A DNA stretch of 64,000 nt, taken from Chiloscyllium plagiosum (Eukaryota). The stretch lies in assembly GCF_004010195.1 (NCBI RefSeq), contig NC_057720.1, positions 27,166,212-27,230,211 on the forward strand, given 5' to 3'. The notes under the pieces are model-generated. The model did no database searches and was not told the DNA's origin. It worked only from the letters and a program-made list of their open reading frames with translations. Positions 1 to 13,519 of the stretch are shown here, piece by piece. The position numbers and the translations under genes are program-made. How positions within the stretch are numbered: the first letter of the stretch is position 1; each line of letters opens with the position of its first letter.

Positions 1-735
1 CACGTCGGGGGGGAAATTGCTGTCCTTGAAGAAGGAGGCCATCTGGGTTGTACGTTTTTGGATCTGGTCCTCCTGGGAGCAGATGCGGCGGGGTCGAAGG
101 AATTGGGAGAATGGGATGGCGTTTTTGCAGGGGGCAGGATGGGAGGAGGTGTAGTCCAGTTAGCTGTGGGAGTCGGTCGGTTTGTAGTAGATGTCCGTGT
201 TGATCTGGTCGCCTGAGATGGAAATAGAAAGGTCGAGGAAGGGGAGGGAGGAATCTGAGACTGTCCAGGTGAATTTGAGGTCGGGGTGGAAGGTGTTGGT
301 GAAGTGGTTCAACCTCCTCGTGGGAGAACTAGGCGGCGCCGATACAGTCATCGATGTAGCGGAGGAAAAGGTGGGGGGTGGTGCCAGTGTAGCTGCGGAA
401 GATGGACTGTTCCACTTATCCTACGAAGAGGCAGGCATAGCTGGGGCCCATGTGGGTGCCCATGGCTACTCCTTTCGTTTGGAGGAAGTGGGAGGATTGG
501 AAGGAGAAGTTGTTCAGGGTGAGGACCAGTTCAGTCAGTCGAAGGAGGGTGTCAGTGGAAGGGTACTGGTTGGTATGGCGGGAAAGGAAGAAGCGGAGGG
601 CTTTGAGTCCTTCGTGATGGGGGATGGAGGTGTACAGGGACTGGATGTCCATGGTGAAAATAAGGCGTTGGGGACCGGGGAAGCGAAAATCATGGAGCAG
701 GTGGAGGGCATGGGTAGTGTCCCGAACGTAGGTGG
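1..735 (-). mobile_element. Penelope-like element (PLE family 1), reverse transcriptase fragment, frameshifted
   Basis: Minus-strand ORFs 416-652 (MDIQSLYTSIP...QTKGVAMGT) and 160-351 (LPFLDL...TDIYYKPTD) are PLE RT motifs; closely similar to 25440-26160 and 28750-29400. Confidence 0.92.
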
Positions 736-1039
736 GGCCCTATTCTCTCCCTAGTTACCCTTTTTTCTTTAATGTATTTGTAATATTCCTGTGGATTCTC
801 CTTAATTCTATTTGCCAAAGCTATCTTACGTCCCCTTTTTGCCCTCCTATTTCCCTCTTCTGGAAGCTTCTTTCAAAATTGAGATACCTGTTCTACAGGC
901 TAGTCAATCAGGAACCTAATCTGATCATACTCATACAAACATATCTGTCAAACAATGGCCCATACACAACTTTCCCTAGGTAAATCCTGATGCAACCAGA
1001 ACAGGAAAGACCTATTGGAGGTGGCAGCAGAGTGGCAAT

Positions 1040-2870
1040 AGACAATAGACAATAGGTGCAGGAGTAGGCCATTCTGCCCTTCGAGCCTGCACCACCATTC
1101 ATTATGATCATGGCTGATCATCCTTAATCAGTATCCTGTTCCTGCCTTATCTCCATAATTCTTGATTCCACTATCCTTGAAGCTCTGTCCAACTCTTTCT
1201 TAAACGAATCCAGAGACTGGGCCTCCACTGCCTTCTGGGGCAGAGCATTCCACACACCCACCACTCTCTGAGTGAAGAGGTTTCTCCTCACCTCTGTCCT
1301 AAATGGCCTAACCCGTATTTTTAAGCTGTGTCCTCTGGTTCGGCACTCACCCATAAGCCTCCAGAGTGTCCAATCCTTTCATAATCTTATACGTCTCAAC
1401 CAGATCCCCTCTCAGTCTTCTAAACTCAAGGGTATACAAGCCCAGTCGCTCCAATCTTTCAACAGAAGAGAGTCCCACCATTCCAGGAATTGACCTCGTG
1501 AACCTACGATGCACTCCCTCAATAGCCAGAATGTCTTTCCTCAAATTTGGAGACCAGAACTGCATACAATATCCCAGGTGCGATCTCACCAGGGCCCTGT
1601 ACAGCTGCAGAAGAACCTCTTTGCTTCTATACTCAATCCCTCTTGTTATGAAGGCCAGCATGCTATTAGCTTTCTTCACTACCTGCTGTACCTACATGCT
1701 TGCCTTCATTGACTGGTGTACAAGAACACCCAGATCTCTTTGTACTGCCCCTTTACCTAAATTGATTCCATTTAGGTAGTAATCTGCCTTCCTGTTCTTG
1801 CCACCAAAGTGGATAACCACACATTTATCCACATTAAACTGCATCTGCCATGCATCCGTTCACTCACCTAGCCTGTCTAGGTCACCCTGTAATCTCCTAA
1901 CATCCTCCTCACATTTCACCCTGCTACCCAGCTTAGTATCATCAGCAAATTTGCTAATATTACTATTAATACCATCTTCTATATCATTAATATATGTTAT
2001 AAAATGCTGCGGTCCCAGCACTGATCCCTGCAGTACACTACTGGTCACCCCCTGCCATTCCGAAAGGGAGCCATTTATCACTATTCTTTGTTTTCTGTCA
2101 GCCAACCAATTTTCAATCCAAGTCAGTACTTTTCCCCCAAATCCATGTCCCTAATTTTGCTCACTAACATCCTATGTGGGACTTTATCAAAGGCTTTCTG
2201 AAAGTCCAGGTACACTACATCCACTGGATCTCCCTTGCCCATCTTCAGAGTTACATCCTCAAAAAATTCCAGAAGATTAGTCAAGCATGATTTCCCCTTC
2301 ATAAATCCATGCTGACTCTGACCTATCCTGTTACTGCTATCCAGATGTGTCATAATTTCATCCTTTATAATTGACTCCAGCATCTTTCCCACCACTGGGT
2401 CAGATTAACTGGTCTATAATTTCCTGCTTTTTTTCTCGCTCCTTTCTTAAAAAGTGGTACAACATTAGCCACCCTCCAATCCCCAGGAACTGATCCTGAA
2501 TCTATCGAACTCTGGAAAATAATCACCAATGCATCCACGATTTCTAGAGCCACCTCCTTCAGTACTCTAGGATGTAGACCATCAGGCCCCAGGGACTTAT
2601 CAGCCTTCAGACCTAACAGTCTCTCCAACACCAATTCCTGGCAAATATAAATTCCCTTCAACAAACTGAATTCCCCTATCACCACGGCTCTGTGCGATGT
2701 CTGACTCCTCGGCTCTGCCTCCAAGCCAACTTTTGATTGACAGACCTGACCGCCTCGCAGACTGGCAGTGTCATCTGTCTCCACTGTTTCCAAAAGATTC
2801 AACTTGTTCCTGACAGGTACTTCCCCCGCGGTCTCTTGCACCTGTCTCCTCTCTGCCTTCCTCAGTGGCA
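1040..2870 (-). mobile_element. CR1-clade LINE: 3' part of ORF2 (1040-2660) fused to an ORF1 piece (2660-2870)
   Basis: RT motifs in minus ORFs (VYLDFQKAFDKVPH, QGSVLGP, KFADDTK, RGDLVETYKI); short CTATTGT tail repeat at about 1040-1054; the ORF1 piece ends in the SGNH-type 'AVVIG'. Confidence 0.9.
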
Positions 2871-3149
2871 TTCAGTCAGAAAGGATTTGCCCCAGAAGCC
2901 TTCAACATTGACTCCAGATCCCATGAACTTTCATCGTATCAGATCAAACACAGGCAAGGAAGCATCCTACGTTTTTTTTCATTCATTCACAGGATGAATT
3001 AATGTCGCTTGCTGGGCCAACACTTATGCCCTTCCCTAATTAGCCTTGAAAAGGTGAGGCTTCAAAAAGGCTGTTCACCACCATCTTCTCAAGGGCCATT
3101 AGGGACGGACAACAAATACTTGCCTCGCTATTATCTTTATTTCCATCTT

Positions 3150-3410
3150 AACCCTTTCTACAACCATCAAATCTATCTCTCTCTTTGGTAAATGTCTGAA
3201 GCTGAACGAGACCCAAATTAGTTTCAGACCAATATTCAGGCAAATGCCAAGACTACCTACTTTTGCCAGTGTAAAGTTGCCTGCACCCATCACTGGCTCA
3301 GCTTGTTTGCTGCTAAGACCTCATCCATATCTGATTAACCTGCAGGTCTGATTATTTTAATACCGAACTACCCTGCATTCCACTTTCTGACCCCCATAAT
3401 CTTGGAAACC
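3150..3410 (+). mobile_element. Old L2-like LINE fragment
   Basis: Decayed similarity to the L2 ORF2 segment 'gctgctgaaaccctcatccatgc...gactattccaa', judged from memory of the consensus. Confidence 0.45.
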
Positions 3411-4959
3411 TGGTTTTTGCCATGGCAGAGAGCTTTTCCCTCTCCAGCATTTGAAAAATTGTGTAGGAAGCCAAAAAAGTTGAAAGTTCTGACAAAAACA
3501 TGGCAACTAACATTTTGGCAGGCACATGGTGGCAGCTGTTCATGTGACTCAGCTCCACTCTAGTCTAACTTTGGTGACCCAGGTATGTGAAATGGGACAT
3601 ATGCAGATTAGCCCTGGTAGGAACAGTTCTGTACTTTGTGGATTGAGTTCGACAGCCAAGGATAAATCAGTTTTCCACTAATTTGAATATTGTACAGAGG
3701 AATTACCAAGGAAGGTAAAGGCGTGTGTGGGGCCTTCGATGTCCAACAAAACATGTGCCTCAATACTGCAAATACAGACTGAGCTGACAGACGTGCATTT
3801 TGGATTGGTAAGGTACATTTTAAAATTGTACAAAGTAGACATGAATGTGTGTAAAATGTACATTAACCGATTAACTCTCAAATTTACTAGAACTGTCAAC
3901 AGACTTATAAAAAACAATGACCAAAATGTTAAAGCAGTTGTCAAAAGGAACAGCCCAAAGTTAAGAGTCATTTAAAACTCACATGTTCAATTTTTTTGAA
4001 AAAAGTTTCTGGGGTTTTAAAAATTAATTACTAGCTATTTGACCCAGCCTGTTGACATAAACCTGAGGGCTTCCATTACTGGATTATTGCTACATAACTG
4101 ACTTCACAATATCTGTTCTATAGTAGTAGGGTGCCTTTAAGTTCACAGTTTGATTAACTACAAAATTTGAAGTGGGACTATGCTTTTGAATTTTTTTTTA
4201 TAAGAGATTATGCACTTGACTGAAATGTTTATAGTCATAAGAGATTAATTAGTTGGATGAAGTTAAGTTTAATGAATGGCTTTTCATTAATGAGGTGTTT
4301 ATTTAAAAAAAAGTCTGCAGTAGACATTTAGACCTTCATATAATTTCTTCTCAGCATAGGTCGTAATGTGTGTCCATGGTAAGTACTGAGTGAGTTGGGA
4401 TAATAAGTATAATGGCAGTGGAAGGTGAAGGAATGTGTTGTCATGAGTAGAAATGAAATTAGCATACAAGGGTATAAAGAGATAAGGGGATGGGAAGCAG
4501 GCATACTTTGGCATGAAAAGTTTGAGGGTTTATGAGGTGGATAGAAGACAATGGGTTGGTATGGAGATCTATAAGATGTGTCTCTGGTTTATGGATGAAG
4601 TATCAGGATTTAGCACAGATGGAGCCTGGAGAGAACATGAAAGGGATGAGGGCATGTGGGAGATGACAGGTTGAGGGCAGTTTAATATGGTATCTATTTT
4701 ATATTAAACTTGAACACAATTCTGCCCAGCCTGTCTCTACATTTGGTAGCTTCTGGACTCATTCTAGTGATGAGCCAGAACAACTCTCAGGGAGCCCCTC
4801 TATCCTGGAACAAATATCCAAACATCTCAGGTGCTTAATGGAAGATTGGGTTTGCAGAGCCAGGAATTGTCCCAACTCTGCATGCCCAAATCATGAGTGA
4901 AAATTCAGCACAATATGATGCAAAATTCTGCTACACATAGCAAAGCTTACACCAAGTTT

Positions 4960-5395
4960 CATTCATCCATCACCCATGTGCATGCTAACATATGTTGGCT
5001 CCTGGACTAGAATGTCTCAAATCCTTACGTTCTCATCCTTGTTTTCAAATTCTTCCACAGTCTCACTTCTAACAATCAATGTAATCTTCTCCAAACTTAA
5101 AACACTCCAAGATGTCTGCACTCCTCCAACTTTGATCCTTTGCATATCCTTGATCTTAATTACTGGGAGCTGTACCTTTAGTTGCCTGGACCCTAAGATT
5201 CTGAAATTTCTTCGCTAAATCATTCTGTTCTCTCTCTCCTCCTTTAAGGTGTACTTTAAAATCTACTTTTTTGATTAAGCTTTTGATCATGTGCTCTAAC
5301 ATCTCCTTATGTATCAAGTTTTATTTGATTGTGTTCTTGTAAAGTGGTTGGGATGTTTGATTCCACTAAATACTCTTTATAATTGCAAAAGCAAA
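4960..5395 (+). mobile_element. Old L2-like LINE 3' end
   Basis: 'ctcatccttgttttcaaat...ctgtacctttagttgcctggaccctaagattctgaaatt...ctcctttaagg...gtaaagtggttgggatg' resembles the L2 3' region. Confidence 0.5.
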
Positions 5396-7239
5396 ATAAT
5401 GCACATGGTGGGACTCAGAAACAAAAAAAAACTACAGAATGGATTCAAAAGGTATCACAATATCTATAGAGAGAAAAATCACACAGCCAACATCTTGGGA
5501 CTCTGATCTTTTGAAAGTGAAAATGTCTCAAATCCTTACGTTCTCATCCTTGTTTTCAAAGTCCACTGAAGGTGGACAAGATAGAAGAGACAGTCAGAAA
5601 TACCATCGGAGAGAAGGTGGGCATTCCTGGAAGAGTAGTAGCAGTGGATTAAACAAAAATGCAAATCTAAAATGCTGCAGATGCTTAAAATCAGAACTAA
5701 AAACAAAAAGTGCAACGAATGCTCAGCTGGTCCAGATGTAACAGTAGAAACAAAAGCACGTTAACAAAACTTGAACGTTAACTGTGTTTTTTTCTCCACA
5801 GGTCCTGCCTGACCTGTTTAACATTGTAGTATTTTTGTTTCACTATAAATGTAAGTTGTTGTTGAAGCATCCTTATAAAATGAAAATGCTTGGATCCAGA
5901 CTTACATAAGCCATTGAACGTGAAGAGATCTCTACCCTAGTCCAAATTTATAATAGATAATTAATTAATCTGGCTAAGAAATACACGAAAATAAACTCAC
6001 AATGTGACTCTTTACCATTACTATGTTCTTCATGGGGAAATGTTCACATGCGAGCCCACAAATTATAATTTAAAGAGTGCGATATTCCCTCAGATGGTTT
6101 GCATATGTTATAAGCTCTTGCTAATTAAGTTATGGCACATATAAAGCCTACACTCGTGATTATGTCCTATTTTTCACTGAGTTTGCAACCCAGACAAGGA
6201 CATAACAGATTCAAAATTAAATGAATGTAAATGGGGCAAATCAAATTAGCATTGGAAATGAACTCCTTTCCACACTCATATATACATAATATTTGTATTT
6301 GATAACAGGAATCTGAATATATAGAATTCATGTGTAAATGTGCAGTACTCATATACAAATGCATCATTCGTAGGTTTAAAATAGTATCAGAATCTGAGTA
6401 TGTGTTCTTTCCCAATAAAGTGCAAAGCACATTCATCTGAGCTCAGCATTATCAAATGCCCATATATCATTCAGTAGAAAAGAGTTTTTGACTGTGTGAA
6501 TCAAAATGAAACAGGGGCAGACTCAACAATCTAATTACAATATATCTCAGTGCATTCCTACCTTTCTTCAATGTTCCTATTCATTCTTTGCTTCTTGATT
6601 TCATTTATGATTTCGTGTTTTCTGAGGCACTGATTCTCCTACCTAGTATTATCTTCACGCTCCCCATTGCCTGCTCTTCCAGCTGGTCTCCTTCCATGGA
6701 GCTGTCATTAACATTCTGCAGCTGCACAGTACCCATTGCTTTGAGCAGCCACATCTTATCACTTGTGTACTTTTAGTCTGCCATTGCTTAAAATGTGCTG
6801 AGGAAAGACTAAAATATATAATTATCATAATGTGTTAAAATATACTTCAGTATCACATAGCCTGAGATTATGAGTAAGAAATGCAACAGGAATCAATAGT
6901 TCAAGCAGAAAATAACAACCAAAGAATCACAGATTCCTAACTCATTTATCTTTTGGGTTGATCAGTAAAACATCTAATCCACTTAAGCTAACCCTTCCGT
7001 GTTTTTGCTTTAGAAAACATTTTTGCACTCATTCAGTTATATTTCCATTCATTCAGTTATTTACTTGTGCATTCATAATTATTTACATTATCCAATCAGT
7101 GATAATTATTATTTGCTTCTGATGTAGTGTTGGAATGGCTCAAAGCAAACTTTAACATTATCAGTTAATATTGTTATAAGTAATCTTTTTTTTAAATTGT
7201 TCAGAATGAACATTATCTACAGGGAGACAGGACACATGT

Positions 7240-7370
7240 GATTCCTGATGAAGAGCTTATTCGCAAAATGTGGACTCTCCTGCTCCTCGAATGCTGCCTG
7301 ACCAGCTGTGCTTTTCCAACACAACACACTTCGACTCTGATTTCCAGCATCTTCAGTCCTTAATTTCTCC
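7240..7370 (+). mobile_element. Solo PLE pseudo-LTR (pLTR) with decayed hammerhead motif
   Basis: cCTGATGAagagcttattcgcaaaatgtggac followed by the family-1 pLTR sequence; the GAAA of the core is lost. Confidence 0.8.
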
Positions 7371-7561
7371 CACCTGTGATTGTAGACAATTTTTTTTTAT
7401 AAAGCAAATATTTTGCATTTATGCTTCCTTGGATTATGCATAACCATGAACAGTGATCTATGAATCTCATGATTCCAGATGTAAGCAGGTGATTCCCATT
7501 AATATTAAACGAAAATGTTTGTTGAATCTCATCTATTTGAAATGTCCCTGAACAACATAGT

Positions 7562-7875
7562 GGGCGGCACGGTGGCACAGTGGTTAGTACTGCTGCCTCA
7601 CAGCGCCAGAGACCCGGGTTCAATTCCCGCCTCAGGCGACTGACTGTGTGGAGTTTGCACGTTCTCCCCGTGTCTGCGTGGGTTTCCTCCGGGTGCTCCG
7701 GTTTCCTCCCACCATCCAAAAGATGTGCAGGGTCAGGTGAATTGGCCATGCTAAATTGCCTGTAGTGTTAGGTAAGGGGTAAATGTAGGGGTATGGGTGG
7801 GTTTCGCTTCGGCGGGTCGGTGTGGACTTGTTGGGCCGAAGGGCCTGTTTCCACACTGTAATCTAATCTAATCTA
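7562..7875 (+). mobile_element. HE1-type V-SINE (tRNA-derived), near full length, young
   Basis: A box TGGCACAGTGG, B box GGTTCAATTCC, V domain 'gtgtggagtttgcacgttctccccgtgtctgcgtgggtttcctccggg', (AATCT)n tail; CpGs retained. Confidence 0.92.
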
Positions 7876-9429
7876 AACAAACAAAAGTAACTTTTTCCTT
7901 GTAGCTTTAGTTTATTACTGTAGATAGAAAGGACGGCTTTTGTGGTACAAATTGAATTGATAGTGTGCACATAAATTTAGAATGCACAGAAGTGATATCT
8001 ATTGATAAAATATGTGACTGATTTGAGATTTCCTTGAAAAATCAATTGGATCAGCAATCAGTCCACAGGTCAATAGGTGTATAGTTCATCAGCAGTCTCA
8101 GCAGATGTACCTGATAAAGAATTTAGTGAAAATGGAAGCAAGCATAGGGAAAAGAAGACTATTTTATCTGATCAAGTCCGTTCTATTCACAGCCCAGATG
8201 CAATCCACTCCAACATGGGCTTTATTCAACAACTTAATTTCCTGAGGGAAGATTCTGCACAGATTCTCTAAATGTACATCAAATTTCAGCCTATCTATTT
8301 ATTTGTATAGCTTACTTTATCAATTGAGATTCATCACTTTCCTTTTGTATGGTATTTCCATGCTTCCAGCAGCTCAGTTGCACAAAATATTTGATCATCC
8401 CTTTCTGTACTATTCCTACAATCTTCAGTTGCATCCCTAACCAGATACTTATTCACCAACTTTATGTCTGTTCATTGACACATCATTACTTGCTGTGGTG
8501 AACAGTTTATGTCATAAATCCAGAACTCCTTTGAATAATTGAAAAGATAAGAATAGCAACAATGGAATGATGGCATACAGAGAGAACTGATTAATAAAAA
8601 TAATTAAATTGCTGATATGCAAACATTTACACATTTCCCTTTAGAAAATGCAGGAACTGGCAGTAATAATTCATAGAGATGAACCAGATGTTATAGAAAT
8701 AACTGAAACATGATGCTACAAAGAACAAGACTGATAGTTGACTACTACAGAATACAAAGCACATTGAAATGTTAGAAGAATAATAAAGGGGAATGGACGT
8801 CAGTAGTATTTTGAGAAAACACACAATGAAGAAAATGTAGAAAGTGGACATAACCAGCATTAACAAAACAAAAGAAAACAAACTGATCAAGATAGGAACA
8901 TAAGTAGGCCATTTTGCCTTCTAAGTCAATTCTACTCAACAGCAATATCATGATTGATCCTAACTCTGTGCAATCTTGGTTCCATAAATGGTGATAAAAA
9001 TCCTTCAATTGGCATGATTTCAACAGATTTGGGAGAAGAGAAGTTTCAAATTTTCAAAATTATTTAAATGAAGAAGTGCCTCAAGAAGCCAACTCTGAAT
9101 GGCCCAATTATGATTTTTAACACCTTTCTTACCTACTCCAGTTGTTAAGCTAATTATCTATTGGTCCACAAAAGACTGCAGGTATATCTTCACGTTACAG
9201 AGATAGACAATTATTTATAAATGAGGGACACCACTCCATATCAAGCATGGAGAATCAAGCAGACATAGCAAGATTGAACCCACACAATTAGTATCATTCT
9301 ACAATACACTCAAGTCATCTGATCAATGGAACTAAGTGAAGTTAAAGGTTGGCAATGACTGAAGAAGTAAATTTTGATGCCACTTAGATTTGTGAGAATT
9401 ACAGAATGTAAGGTTTTGGTTACATAACC

Positions 9430-10200
9430 ATACAACGTAGGAGCAGAAGTGGATCATTCAGTCCATTGTGTGTGCTCTACCATGAAATGACATCATGGCT
9501 AATCTGATAATCCTCCACTCCACTTTCCCGCCTTTTCCCTATAACCCTGATTTCCTTATTGATTAAAAATCAGTCTATTTCAGCCTTGAATTTAATTAAT
9601 GACCCAGCCTCAGCAGTTTTCTGTGGTAAAGAAATTCCATAGATTCACAATCCTTTGAGAGAAAAAAAATCCTCCTCATCCCCATTTTAAATGTACAACT
9701 GCTTATTGTGAGATCATGCCATCTGGTCCAAGACTCTCCCACAAGGGGAAACAAGCTCCATGTCTACCCTGTCAAGTCCTCTAAGAATCTTGCACATTTC
9801 AGTGAAGTCTGCTCTCATTCTTCTATAGTCCAGTTGGTATAGACACAATCTATTCAACCTCTCCTTAAGATAGTGCCTACCTCCTGGAATCAGTCTTATG
9901 AACTTTCTTTGGGCTGTCCCTAATGTCAGTACACCTTTCCTTAGAAAAGAGGCCCAAAACTGTGCGCAATATTTCAGCTGTGGTCTGATTAGTGTCTTGT
10001 ACAGTTTTAGCAAAACTCTGTTACATTCCATTTCCTTTAGTATAAAATAATTCCATATACCTTCCCTACTACCTGCTAAACTTGGATGCAAAGTTTTTGT
10101 GATTCATGCATGAGGACTCAAAAGTACCTGTGTTCTGTAGCTTTCTGTAGACTTTCTACATTTAAGTAATATTGAAATCTTTGATGCTTCCTACCAAAAT
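9430..10200 (-). mobile_element. Old CR1 LINE 3' fragment
   Basis: ORF 9714-10091 (LYKTLIRPQLKYCAQFW) plus a CR1-type 3'UTR. Confidence 0.85.
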
Positions 10201-10224
10201 GCTTAGAGCAAAGAAGAAAAGTAA

Positions 10225-11600
10225 TTACAGCATGGGAACAGGCCCTTCAGCCCTCCATGCCTGCGCCGATCCAGATCTTCTATCTAAACCTGCTGCCAAT
10301 TTTCTAAGGATCTGTATCCATTTGCTCCCTACCCAGTCATGTATCTGTCCAGATACATTTAAATGACGCTATTGTTCCCGCCCCACCATGTCCACTAGCA
10401 ACACATTCCAGGCACCTACCACCCTCTGCACAAAGAACTTTCCACTTATCTCTCCCCTAAAGTTTTCCCCTCTCACTTTGAACTCATGACACCTAGCAAT
10501 TGAGTCCTCCACTCTGGGAAAAAGTTTCTTGCTATCCATTCTGTCTATCCCTTTCATGATTTTGTAGGCCTCAATCAGGTCCCCCCTCAACCTCCTTCTT
10601 TCCAATGAAAATAATCCTAATCAACTCAACATCTCCTCATAGCTAGCACCCTACATACCAGGCAACATCATAGTGAACATCCTCTGCATCCTTTCCAAAG
10701 CATCCACATCCTTTTGGTAATGTGGCAAACGGAACTGTACGCAGTATTCCAAATGTGGCCGAACCAAAGTCTAACACAACTGTAGCATGACCGGCCAATT
10801 CTTGTACTCAATACCCCATCTGATGAAGGAAAGCATGCTGTATGCCTACTTGACCACTCTACTGACCTGCATTGCCACCTTCAGGGAACAATGGACCTGA
10901 GCATCTAGAACACTCTGTACATCAATTTTCCCCAGGACTTTTCCATTTGCTGTATAGTTCACTCTTGAATTGCATATTCCAACTCCATCTGTCATTTCTC
11001 TGCCCAACTCTCCAACTGTCTATATTCTGCTATATTCTCTCAGTCCACTTCACTATCTGCTACTCCACCAATCTTAGTGTCATCTACAAACTTGCTAATG
11101 AGGCAACCTACACATTCCTCCAAATCATTTATATATATCACAAACATTAGTGGTCCCGGCATAGATCCCTCTGGGACACCACTGGTCATAGGTCTCCATT
11201 TTGAGAAGCTCCATTCCTCTACTACTCTCTGTCTCCTGTTGCCCAATCAGTTCTCTATCCATCTAGCTAGAATACCTTGGACCCCATGCGACTTCACCTT
11301 CTTCATCAGCCTACCATGGAGAACTTTATCAAATGTTTTACTAAAGTCCATGTATATGACACCTATATCCCTTCTCTCATCAATCCACTTTGTCATCTCT
11401 TCAAAGAAATCTATTAGGTTTATTAGACAGGAACTTCCCTGCACAAAACCATGCTGCCTATCACTGAGAAGCGCATTTTTTTTCCAAATGGGTATATATC
11501 CCATCCCTTAGTATCTTCTCCAGTATCTTCCTTACCACTGATGTCAGGATCACAGGTCTATAATTACCTGGATATCCCTGCTATCCTTCTTAAACAAGGG
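10225..11600 (-). mobile_element. CR1 LINE 3' fragment (RT to 3'UTR)
   Basis: ORFs 11247-11504, 11040-11246 and 10369-10605 carry CR1 RT motifs (QHGF, MDFSKTFDKV, SGVPEGS, RGDLIEAYKI). Confidence 0.9.
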
Positions 11601-12164
11601 GACATTAGCAATTCAACGACACTTATTACACTATTGAACTATAAGGGTGATTCACGACAATAACTTGTATCTATTTTCCACACATTAATTAACATTCTTA
11701 TTTCAACAAACATCTTAATTAAGCAAGGTTAAATGGAGATCCTAAAACCACAATCTGGCATGAGATTTAATTTTCATTCTTTATCTAGGCTAACTGTCCT
11801 TACTAAAAATAGTTAGTATTTAACTGTGCTTTAGAGAAATTAAGCTTTAAGTAGTTTCAAGTAAAATGAAAATCAAACATTAACTTCATTTTGTAGTCTA
11901 CCAAGTTGATATTACATATTACTAACTTTCTTCCAAGTCTTACTGTATCCAGAAAAAGACGTAAGAATTTCTTCCAAAAGTAGAAGCTGGAAACACTTCT
12001 GGCAAATGAAAAAGCAAAAAAAATCTGCTACTCAGTCTGCAGCTGAGACAGCCTTTTATATAGCTTCAGGAGCTTTAACACTCATTCCATCAGCTTACTC
12101 TCATTGTGAGGCCAACAATTTTTCTTTTGGCTCAACCACATTCATTTGAATGGATGTGTTTTAG

Positions 12165-13160
12165 AGAGTGGAGGCCTGTGACCAGTGGTGTTCTAAGTGA
12201 TTGGTACTGGGCCCACTTTTCTTTGTCATTTATAGAAATGAGTTGGAGGAGCATATAGGAGGCGTAGTTATAAGTTTGCAGATGACACCAAAATTGGTGA
12301 TATATTGGACAGTGAAGAAGGTTATCTAAGATTACAAAGAGATGTTCATCAATTGAGTCAATGGGCTGAGGAGTGGCAGACGGAGTTCAATTTGGATAAA
12401 TATGATGTATTTCATTTTGATATTACAAGGACAGAATTTATACTATTAATGATAGTGTCTTGGATAGTGGTGTGGAACAGAGAGACCGAAGGGTTCAAAT
12501 ATACATTTCTTTGAAATGTGTGTCACAGGTAGACAGGGTGGTGAAGTAGACATTTAGCGCACTTGCCTTCATTACTCAGACCTTTGTGTATAGGAGTTGG
12601 GACGTCATGTTGAGGTTGTACAGGGCATTGCTGAGGCCTCTTCTGGAGTACCAAGTGTGGTTCTGGTTGTCCTGTTATCGGAAGGGTATTAGCAGACTGG
12701 AGAGGGTTCAGAAAAGATTTACCAAGATGTTGTCAGGAATGGAGGGTTTGAGATATAAAAATAGACTGGAAACTCTGAGACTTTTCTCATTGGAGCATAG
12801 GAGGTTGAGGGGTGACCTTATTGAGGTTTATAAAATCATGAGGGGCATAGATAAGGTGAATGGCAAAAGTTCTTCCCCTAGAGTGGGGGATTTCAAAACT
12901 AGGGGCGTATATTTAAAGTTAGAGGAGAAAGATTTTAAAAGGATGTGAGGGGCAACATTTTTACACAGAGAGTGGTTCGTGTGTGGAGTATAATGCCAGA
13001 GAAAGTGGTGGATGCAGGTACAGTTACAACTTTTAAAAGATATTTGGATATGAAAGGTTTGGAAGGATAGGCAGGTGGGACTAGTTCAGTTTGGGAACAT
13101 GGTCAGTGTGGACTGGTTGAACCCAAGGGTCTATTTCCATGCTGTATGACTTTATGACAG
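12165..13160 (+). mobile_element. CR1 LINE 3' fragment
   Basis: ORFs 12305-12514 and 12586-12948 (RRLRGDLIEVYKIMRG); CR1 3'UTR ending in a tatgac-type repeat. Confidence 0.9.
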
Positions 13161-13490
13161 CTTCGTCCAAAGAGCTTCTGTATCGCAATGTGGGTCACAA
13201 CCTTTTAAACAGCCATATCTTCTCTAAAAGGCAACATCAAGTGAGATTTGAAGACAGTAGACTTTGACATCGACAGATGGGAGACAGTTGGTGATGGTGA
13301 TGGACTCGAGAGACTGATTGTTTGGAAGAGTATTGGAAAAGATGAGATGAAGTGAAAAGCTCAGATCGCCAAGAAAGGGACACAGTGAAGACAAGGACTA
13401 ATGGATCCTGCAACCTCTCAGCTCACGGTCTTCCTTTGCAGTAACTGAGGCAGAGACTACCATGCCAGAGTGGGGCTCCAGCAAACTTGA
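13160..13490 (+). mobile_element. Probable RTE-clade LINE C-terminal fragment
   Basis: Decayed translation resembles the RTE C-terminus (..DLKTVDFDIDRWETV..FLCSN.GRD..ARVGL). Confidence 0.5.
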
Positions 13491-13519
13491 TGATGTTTAA
13501 CCCTGCAAGGACTTAACAT

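Noticed and set aside
6560..6800. Minus-strand exon-like purine-rich tract
   Set aside because: Every frame from the candidate acceptor hits a stop before a donor; no homology recognised.
7562..7635. tRNA gene
   Set aside because: tRNA-derived SINE head, continuous with the V domain and tail; the same applies to the other HE1-type copies.
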